This document shows, one piece after another, positions 57,814-64,000 of a stretch of DNA of 64,000 bases; position 1 is the first letter of the stretch, and the number at the start of each line of letters is the position of its first letter. The DNA is taken from contig CAMBUO010000006.1 of NCBI GenBank assembly GCA_945871105.1, positions 7,452 through 71,451 of the forward strand. Reading direction: 5' to 3'. Source of the stretch: an uncultured Clostridia bacterium (GTDB taxonomy: Bacteria > Bacillota_I > Bacilli_A > RF39 > UBA660). A program made the position numbers and the translations under genes. The notes beneath the pieces were generated by a model. The model searched no databases and was not told the DNA's origin. It saw nothing but the letters and a program-made list of their open reading frames with translations.

Positions 57814-60066
57814 TCAATCAATTGTTTCGATATCATTTTCTTGTAGTTTTACTAATACTTCTCGTGGTTTAGAACCATTTTGGGGACCAATTATGCCTCT
57901 TTCTTCTAGTAAATCAACAATACGAGCAGCTCGATTATAACCTAATTTAAATCTTCTTTGTAATAAAGATGCACTGGCTTTACCACTAGTAATAACAAAT
58001 TCAACTATTTCATCATATAATGGATCTTCATATTCTTCTTTAACTTCGGTCTTAGCATCAATTTTACTTTCTGATTCAACTGGGGTATTTAAATTCAATA
58101 ATCTTTCATCATACATAGCTTTTTGTTGACTAATAGTATAATCAACAATTCTTTTAACTTCATCTTCTGTTATCCAAGCACCTTGAATTCTTGTTGGTGT
58201 TGATTCACCCATTGGTAAGAATAACATATCACCTCGACCTAATAATTTTTCGGCACCCGTCATATCCAAAATAGTTCTTGAATCAATTCCTGAGGAAACT
58301 GCAAAGGATATACGCGATGGAATATTAGCTTTAATAACACCGGTAATAACATCAGTTGAAGGTCTTTGAGTAGCAATAATTAAATGAATTCCCGCTGCTC
58401 TTGCCATTTGGGTAATACGCATAATGGAATCTTCTACTTCTTTTGAAGCTACTAACATCAAATCAGCAAGTTCATCAACAATAACGACAATATAAGGCAT
58501 CTTTTTTAATTTTTCTGAATCAGTTAAATTTTTATTTTTCTTTTCAATCATTTCATTGTAAGAGCCAATATTTTTAACCCCTTTTTCTTCAAATAAATCA
58601 TAACGATCTTCCATTTCTTTAACAATTTTTGATAAAGCAACACTAGCTTTTTTGGGATCCGTTACAACTGGAGCTAATAAATGGGGAACTCCATTAAAAA
58701 CAGATAATTCAACTTTCTTAGGATCAACTAAAAGTAATTTAACTTCATCGGGTTTAGCTCGCATTAAAATACTAGCCAAGATACAGTTAATACAAACTGA
58801 TTTACCAGAGCCTGTGGCTCCAGCTACTAATAAGTGAGGAGTTTTATTGATTTCACAATATTTTGGTTTACTTAAAATATCTTTACCAAGAGCTACTAAT
58901 AATTTATTATCTGATTTTTCATTAACTAATTTTTCCATGATTTCTTTAACAAAAACAGTTGTTGGATTTTCATTGGATATTTCAATTCCTACTGTACTTT
59001 TACCAGGAATTGGAGCTTGAATACGAACATCTTTTTTAGCTAGTGCTAAACTTATTTCCTTATTAATACCTGTTAGTTTTGATAACTTGGTACCTGGTTT
59101 TAATTCAAGTTCATATTGGGTTATAGCCGGTCCTACAGTTACTTCAACAACATGTCCAATAATACCAAATTCTCTTAATACCTCTTCAAGTTTTTGAATA
59201 TTTGATTCAATATTAGCTTGATTATTATTTTTAGTTTTCTTAGGTTCATCTAAAAGAGATAAAGGTGGTAATTTATAATTTTCATTTGGTTTAACCACAT
59301 TTTCAATTTTTTCAACCGGTTCTTCCTCTTCTTGATTAGTATCAACAATTTTGGCTTTTTTCAAATCATTTAAATTAGATATTACAACTTTACCATCATC
59401 TTTATTATCAACATTATCATTTATTTTTACTTCATGACTACCCGTTACTAAAGGACTTTCTTCTTTGTTTGTATGATGAGGTAGCATTTTTTTACTACTA
59501 TCAACAATCTTTTTCAAAACATCAGCAATACTAATACCCGTTATAATAATAATACCAAAGATAATTAAAACATAATAAATAATTTTAACTCCATTTGTAG
59601 CAAATAAAGAGGCAAAGACACTGACAAAAAAGCCACCAATCATACCTCCTCCAATATTTTGAAAAGTTAAAGTACGATTAGCTCCATCAACAATCGAAAA
59701 TACTTTCATTAAATTAGTAAATGTTTCTTTCATTGTTCCTAAAAACCCTGTAAACTCAACATTAATATAAGAAACATGCAATAACATTAATAATCCTACA
59801 ATTAAAATATAAAAACCGATTAATTTCGTATTAAAAAAATCCGGATATTCTTTTTTTAATAAAATATAAAAACCAATAATAATTAAAGCTATTAAAAAAA
59901 CAAAGTATAAACATCCAAATAAAAAAGCGGAAAAAGCACAGATAAGTTCCCCACAAGGACCATATCCACAAATACCTAAAATTCCTATTAATATATATAA
60001 AATGCCATATAATTCGGCTTGATAACTAAATTTTTTCTTTTCTTTCTTTTTCTTTCTTTTTGCCAT
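57814..60066 (-). CDS. ftsK: DNA translocase FtsK/SpoIIIE
   Basis: N-terminal TM helices, Walker A AGATGSGKS, Walker B IVVIVDELADLM, and a C-terminal gamma domain (ASASLLQRRFKLGYNRAARIVDLLE). Confidence 0.92.
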   Translation of the reverse strand: MAKRKKKKEKKKFSYQAELYGILYILIGILGICGYGPCGELICAFSAFLFGCLYFVFLIALIIIGFYILLKKEYPDFFNTKLIGFYILIVGLLMLLHVSYINVEFTGFLGTMKETFTNLMKVFSIVDGANRTLTFQNIGGGMIGGFFVSVFASLFATNGVKIIYYVLIIFGIIIITGISIADVLKKIVDSSKKMLPHHTNKEESPLVTGSHEVKINDNVDNKDDGKVVISNLNDLKKAKIVDTNQEEEEPVEKIENVVKPNENYKLPPLSLLDEPKKTKNNNQANIESNIQKLEEVLREFGIIGHVVEVTVGPAITQYELELKPGTKLSKLTGINKEISLALAKKDVRIQAPIPGKSTVGIEISNENPTTVFVKEIMEKLVNEKSDNKLLVALGKDILSKPKYCEINKTPHLLVAGATGSGKSVCINCILASILMRAKPDEVKLLLVDPKKVELSVFNGVPHLLAPVVTDPKKASVALSKIVKEMEDRYDLFEEKGVKNIGSYNEMIEKKNKNLTDSEKLKKMPYIVVIVDELADLMLVASKEVEDSIMRITQMARAAGIHLIIATQRPSTDVITGVIKANIPSRISFAVSSGIDSRTILDMTGAEKLLGRGDMLFLPMGESTPTRIQGAWITEDEVKRIVDYTISQQKAMYDERLLNLNTPVESESKIDAKTEVKEEYEDPLYDEIVEFVITSGKASASLLQRRFKLGYNRAARIVDLLEERGIIGPQNGSKPREVLVKLQENDIETID

Positions 60067-60085
60067 ATCCTACTCTCCTAAAATA

Positions 60086-60114
60086 ATTATACTATCAGAA
60101 AGAAAAAATAACAA
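60086..60114 (-). promoter_or_regulatory. promoter of ftsK
   Basis: Minus strand TTGTTA (60114-60109), 17 nt, TATAAT (60091-60086). Confidence 0.5.
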
Positions 60115-60117
60115 GAA

Positions 60118-60537
60118 TTATCTTGTCATTTTCTTATTAAATTTTGAATCAATATAAGCATCAGCCATCTCTGAAGTTATTTGAATAAAATCCGGATCCC
60201 CATCATATAAAATATCAGCTAACCAAGTAGTTTTAGTAGCATTTTTCCACATATTATTTTCTTCATCATAAATTTGTAAATAAACATCATTAAAGATACG
60301 AATCAAAATCATAGGGTTTCGTTTTTTACAAAAATAAAATTTATAATTATCATTTTTAATTTTTTCAAATTGACTAGCACTAATTTCTCTCATTTCATCA
60401 CTTAAATTTAATTTAAGTAGATCACATTTTTTAAAACTACCGTCATAATCAAAATACTCAACACATTGCGGATTATCATTAATACGAATAATTGTCTTTT
60501 CATTTGAATTTTTTCTACTACAAATAAAATATTGCAT
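60118..60537 (-). CDS. hypothetical 139-aa protein with internal duplication; candidate cognate antitoxin/immunity protein
   Basis: Starts 1 nt after the upstream stop. There are two similar halves: YFICSRKN..TIIRINDN..VEYFDYDGSFKK and YFCKKRN..ILIRIFND..LQIYDEENNMWK. I recognise no family. Confidence 0.45.
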   Translation of the reverse strand: MQYFICSRKNSNEKTIIRINDNPQCVEYFDYDGSFKKCDLLKLNLSDEMREISASQFEKIKNDNYKFYFCKKRNPMILIRIFNDVYLQIYDEENNMWKNATKTTWLADILYDGDPDFIQITSEMADAYIDSKFNKKMTR

Positions 60538-60538
60538 G

Positions 60539-61288
60539 CTACCTCCTCTTTACATTAGATACAAATTGATATTCTATAGCACCTACTGGAGCCTTAACAC
60601 TTGATTGTAATATTTTTCTTAATTTATTAGCCAAAAATTTTAATCTAGAATCAGCATCTTCATCACGAATAACACGATATAATTTTCTCGTACATTCCTC
60701 TTTTACATGATGTCCATACGGAGTATGAAACTGAATCTCAAAAAAATTTCCTTCTTTATGCTTTAATTTTACATTAATACCTTGACATACAGGAGTTCCC
60801 CAATTATTTTTAACTTCAATATCATAATAACCCATTTCTTCTAGCATATGCAGAAAATTATCAACACTTTCTATATATTTATCATCTTCATAAATAACCG
60901 TGTATCGAACAGCATCTCGTATATTTTTGGAAGCTAGGAGATAGTCTCCTTCATATGCATCACTATCATCAATTATTTTTCTCTTAATACTGCTTTTTTC
61001 TTTTAAAACATGAGATGGGTTTACTAAACCTGTTTCCAGATCAACATTACCTAAAAGATTACCTGAAGTAACATTAGCTAACATTCTTATATCATTAGTA
61101 ATACCAGGTTCAATTCTTTTAGAATAACTATAAAGATCGTCAGCACATTTTTCTAACAATATTTCTAGTTCTGTTTTAGGTTCAAGAGTTTCTTTCTGTC
61201 TATCTGTTTCATCTAAATATTGAATGTACTCATCAACCCACATTCTAGTATCATTCCATTCTTCAATTGTCATAACATCGTTATTCAA
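60539..61288 (-). CDS. RelA/SpoT-homologue single-domain nucleotide pyrophosphokinase, toxSAS-like (candidate toxin)
   Basis: Synthetase-domain motifs appear in order: HVLKEKSSIKRKI, IRDAVRYTVIYEDD, CQGINVKL and FFEIQFHT. Compare RelQ, as I recall it: RVKxxxSIxEK, DIAGLRI..F.DD, YRSYH and VEIQIRT. I prefer the TTG start at 61288, 8 nt after AAGGTGG; the alternative is ATG at 61273. Confidence 0.6.
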   Translation of the reverse strand: MNNDVMTIEEWNDTRMWVDEYIQYLDETDRQKETLEPKTELEILLEKCADDLYSYSKRIEPGITNDIRMLANVTSGNLLGNVDLETGLVNPSHVLKEKSSIKRKIIDDSDAYEGDYLLASKNIRDAVRYTVIYEDDKYIESVDNFLHMLEEMGYYDIEVKNNWGTPVCQGINVKLKHKEGNFFEIQFHTPYGHHVKEECTRKLYRVIRDEDADSRLKFLANKLRKILQSSVKAPVGAIEYQFVSNVKRR

Positions 61289-61301
61289 ATTAAACACCAC
61301 C

Positions 61302-61329
61302 TTGACATATCTAATTATTATGATATAGT
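61302..61329 (+). promoter_or_regulatory. promoter of the DUF192 gene
   Basis: TTGACA (61302-61307), 16 nt, TGaTATAGT (61321-61329). Confidence 0.55.
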
Positions 61330-61348
61330 AAAGACAATGAAAAGTCAA
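61320..61348 (-). promoter_or_regulatory. promoter of the toxSAS-like operon, overlapping the divergent DUF192 promoter
   Basis: Minus strand TTGACT (61348-61343), 17 nt, TATCAT (61325-61320). Its -10 shares bases 61324-61325 with, and directly abuts, the + strand -10. Confidence 0.45.
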
Positions 61349-61357
61349 GGTGATAAG

Positions 61358-61666
61358 ATGAAACTAATTTTCGATAAAGAAATTAATTTGAAAGAAGCTA
61401 ACACATTAAAAAAAAGATTACTAGGTTTAATGTTTAAAACTAATATTCAAGAAGGATTAGTTTTTAAAACTAAAGCTATTCATACTTTCTTTATGAAAGA
61501 AAATATTGATGTTATTATAACAGATAAAAATAATAAAACAATAGCTTTCTATAAAAATTTAAAAAGAAATAAAATAATTATTAATTTAAAAAGTTATTAT
61601 ATCTATGAATTACCAAATAATTCAATTAATAATTTAAAAAAAGGAGATAAGTTAACTATTCAGTAA
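61358..61666 (+). CDS. DUF192-family protein
   Basis: AAGGTGA SD, then ATG at 61358. LLGLMFKT...GLVFKTKAIHTFFMKENIDVIITDKNNKTI resembles the DUF192/COG1430 core. The track start at 61220 is an antisense extension into the neighbouring gene. Confidence 0.6.
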   Translation: MKLIFDKEINLKEANTLKKRLLGLMFKTNIQEGLVFKTKAIHTFFMKENIDVIITDKNNKTIAFYKNLKRNKIIINLKSYYIYELPNNSINNLKKGDKLTIQ

Positions 61667-62180
61667 CTTTCTCCTTTTTTATAATATATTCTTTCAAGCA
61701 AACAGCTTTTTTCTTTTTTAAAGATGCTTTAACATTAATAATTCTTTGGTTAGTTGATCCACGATATTTAGCACTATAACTTTTTTTAGATTCAATAAAT
61801 GGTCCATCAACTAAAACATCAATATATTTTAAAAACTCTAAACAATCTTTTTTCTTTAATAATTCTTCAAAGAGAAATCCGGTGTAACACCAAACATTAA
61901 AACCAAGTTCTTGACAAGCTTTAGCTATTTCTAAACAAGCCAGAGGTTGCATCATGGGATCTCCTCCTGAGAAGGTTATGCCATCTTGTAATTCAGAGTT
62001 TTTAATTTCTTCAATTAAAGAATTAGTATCAACAAGAAATCCTTTATCAAATGCATGTGTTTCGGGGTTATGACAATTTAGGCAATGATGGGGGCATCCT
62101 TGAGTCCATATAACCATCCGGATACCTGGTCCATCAACCACACTATCTTTTTGTAAAGGATTAGCAAGTCTTATTTGCAT
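61656..62180 (-). CDS. nrdG: anaerobic ribonucleoside-triphosphate reductase activating protein
   Basis: Radical-SAM cluster motif GCPHHCLNCHN and GITFSGGDP. It lies directly downstream of nrdD. Confidence 0.9.
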   Translation of the reverse strand: MQIRLANPLQKDSVVDGPGIRMVIWTQGCPHHCLNCHNPETHAFDKGFLVDTNSLIEEIKNSELQDGITFSGGDPMMQPLACLEIAKACQELGFNVWCYTGFLFEELLKKKDCLEFLKYIDVLVDGPFIESKKSYSAKYRGSTNQRIINVKASLKKKKAVCLKEYIIKKEKVTE

Positions 62181-64000
62181 TATTTAAAAGTATGTTTTAC
62201 ACGGTCATGTTCTTCAGCTCTTTTACCATTATTAAAACGATCAACAGTACCTACTAAATAACCGGTAATTCTTCTAATTCTTTCAAACTTAACCCCATCA
62301 GTTTCACGTCTGCCACACCCTGGACAAACATCACCTATAACACCTGTAAAGCCACAAACTGGATCTCTATCAACAGGATGATTTACAGCTCCATAACCAA
62401 TACCATTTTCTTTCATTAAACGAACAACTTTCATGAAAGCATCAACATTCTCTGTTAAATCACCATCAAGTTCAATATAACTAATATGACCTCCATTAGT
62501 TAAAGCATGATAAGGAGCTTCCGTTTTAATCTTATTAGCAATTGTTGTTTGATAATAAACTGGTACATGGAAAGAATTGGTATAATAATCACGATCCGTT
62601 ACTCCAGGAATAATACCATAAATAGATTTATCAATCGCCGTGAAACGACCAGATAACCCTTCAGCAGGCGTTGCTATTAAAGAAAAATTAAGTTTATATT
62701 CTTTACTATAAGCATCCGTTCTATCACGCATAAATTTAACTATTTGAAGTCCTAATTCTTGACTTGCTTTTGATTCGCCATGATGTTTACCTGTTAAAGC
62801 TTTTAAACATTCAGCAAGACCAATAAATCCTTCGGTTAAAGTACCATGTTTTAAAACCTTTCTTAGATTATCTTTATTTTTTAAATTTTTAGAATCAAGC
62901 CAAATACCTTGACCAAGTAAGAAAGGAAAATTATAAACATGTTTTTTGCATTGAATTTCAAAACGATCTAATAATTGATCACGAACTTTATCCATAGTTT
63001 CCCCAAGTTCTTTATAAAAACCATCCATATCAGCTTTTTTATTACCATTAACAATTCCATATTTAATTCCTAAACGAACCAAGTTGATAGATGTAAAAGA
63101 TAAATTACCACGACTTGTAACAATCTCTCTTTCAGGATCAGCTACATTTCCAATTACTCTCGTACGACATCCCATATAAGCAATTTCTGTATTGATATTA
63201 CCTTCTTTATAATATTGCTTATTAAATGGAGCATCAATAAAAGAAAAGTTTGGAAATAATCTTTTAGCACTAACCTGGCAAGCTAATTTAAATAAATCAT
63301 AGTTAGGATCTTCTGGATTATAGTTAACACCTTCTTTTACTTTAAAAATAGATATTGGAAATATTGGTGTTTCTCCATGTCCTAAACCAGCTTCCGTTGC
63401 TAGTAAATAATTTTTAATAACCATTCTACCTTCAAAACTAGTATCTGTTCCAAAATTAATTGATGAAAAAGGTACTTGGGCTCCAGCTCTTGAATGCATA
63501 GTATTTAAATTATGAATAAATGATTCCATAGCTTGATAAGTTAACTTTTCAACTTTTAAAATAGCTTTCTTGTGAGCTTTTCTAAATAATAATTCCACAT
63601 CTCCAGATCCATGAAAATATTTTTCAAAAATATCCATGGAAAAATTAACTTCCTTAATTTTACTAATTTCTTTTTCAATACCTTTAAGATTTAAAAAAAC
63701 ATCAAATCCCATTAACTCTAAATAATCAAATAAAATCGATTTAAATTCTTTTTTAAAACTTTTAATTACACCTGGAGCCATATAATAATCAAAAGCAGGA
63801 ATTGATTGACCACCATGTTGATCATTTTGATTAGATTGAATAGCAATAGCAGCTAAAGCAGCATAACTCATAATACTATTAGGTGTTCTTAAAAACCCAT
63901 GTCCCGTTGAAAAACCTTTTTCAAATAGACTATTAAGATCAATTTGACAACATGTAGTTGTTCCCATTGGTAAAAAGTCCATATCATGAATATGAATCAT
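62180..64000 (-). CDS. nrdD: anaerobic ribonucleoside-triphosphate reductase (N-terminus outside the window)
   Basis: C-terminal Zn site CPGCG and glycyl-radical motif RIRRITGYLVG. The ORF is open at the window end. Confidence 0.92.
   Translation of the reverse strand: MIHIHDMDFLPMGTTTCCQIDLNSLFEKGFSTGHGFLRTPNSIMSYAALAAIAIQSNQNDQHGGQSIPAFDYYMAPGVIKSFKKEFKSILFDYLELMGFDVFLNLKGIEKEISKIKEVNFSMDIFEKYFHGSGDVELLFRKAHKKAILKVEKLTYQAMESFIHNLNTMHSRAGAQVPFSSINFGTDTSFEGRMVIKNYLLATEAGLGHGETPIFPISIFKVKEGVNYNPEDPNYDLFKLACQVSAKRLFPNFSFIDAPFNKQYYKEGNINTEIAYMGCRTRVIGNVADPEREIVTSRGNLSFTSINLVRLGIKYGIVNGNKKADMDGFYKELGETMDKVRDQLLDRFEIQCKKHVYNFPFLLGQGIWLDSKNLKNKDNLRKVLKHGTLTEGFIGLAECLKALTGKHHGESKASQELGLQIVKFMRDRTDAYSKEYKLNFSLIATPAEGLSGRFTAIDKSIYGIIPGVTDRDYYTNSFHVPVYYQTTIANKIKTEAPYHALTNGGHISYIELDGDLTENVDAFMKVVRLMKENGIGYGAVNHPVDRDPVCGFTGVIGDVCPGCGRRETDGVKFERIRRITGYLVGTVDRFNNGKRAEEHDRVKHTFK

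Noticed and set aside
1957-58837. Short ORFs from the track that lie inside longer conserved genes, either antisense or in another frame. These are 1957-2220, 3747-3941, 4312-4674, 5266-5463, 11508-11699, 12824-13018, 22790-22990, 23667-24086, 24969-25157, 29358-29603, 31546-31788, 32541-32741, 33586-33825, 33591-33836, 36270-36470, 45962-46231, 49186-49443, 50595-50813, 52864-53094, 54761-54955, 55586-55774 and 58652-58837.
   Set aside because: Each is fully embedded in, or largely overlaps, a gene with clear family motifs. Their products are low-complexity Ile/Leu/Phe/Lys-rich sequence, as expected from reading AT-rich DNA off-frame. None has a convincing SD.
1-64000. Possibility that this AT-rich, Mollicutes-like sequence uses genetic code 4 (TGA read as Trp).
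   Set aside because: Standard-code translation gives full-length, motif-complete proteins, including ParC, ParE, AddA, PheT, FtsK and ThrS. Several genes end on TGA at sensible positions, such as the rfbD/rfbB ATGA junction, so TGA behaves as a stop codon.
1-64000. CRISPR arrays, rRNA operons, prophage or integrase genes, DGR or retron reverse transcriptases.
   Set aside because: Scanning the intergenic regions showed no regularly spaced direct repeats and no rRNA-like GC-rich blocks. Apart from the IS607 tnpA remnant, I found no ORF with integrase, reverse-transcriptase or Cas motifs.

Overview
Very AT-rich chromosome segment that reads cleanly in the standard genetic code. The gene content is Bacillota-type: T-box leaders, LCP ligase, AddAB, GatCAB and ParCE. 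An Erysipelotrichia or Mollicutes-related lineage is my inference only. Nearly all genes are on the minus strand.

Positions 1 to 20.7 kb hold a co-oriented cell-wall rhamnopolysaccharide locus. It contains rfbABCD, a Wzm/Wzt-type ABC exporter, several GT1/GT2 glycosyltransferases, an LCP ligase, a PglF/PglE/PglC-like amino-sugar priming module and a NodB deacetylase. An IS607-family remnant sits in one intergenic spacer of this locus, with a decayed tnpA and an apparently intact tnpB.

Positions 20.7 to 64 kb hold housekeeping genes: miaA, mutL, parC/parE, dinD, gatCAB, rpmB, addAB, tRNA-Ala, hisS, pheST, thrS, ftsK and nrdDG. Two T-box leaders and several unknown genes are mixed in.

Most interesting observations:
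1. An unannotated candidate type I toxin-antitoxin module at 45.14-45.47 kb. It has a 31-aa hydrophobic peptide, an mRNA whose 5' end pairs with its own 3' end, and a convergent antisense sRNA with its own promoter and terminator.
2. A RelA/SpoT-like (toxSAS-type) single-domain protein at 60.1-61.3 kb, followed directly by a small internally duplicated protein.
3. A TnpB stranded without a working transposase inside the glycan operon.
4. A Phe T-box that drives an alpha/beta-hydrolase-like gene lacking the nucleophile Ser, overlapping the pheS start.
5. A Cys-rich secreted protein in the position where dnaI is expected.

I saw no CRISPR array, rRNA gene or prophage. All calls rest on reading the sequence and recalling family motifs; no searches or computations were run.
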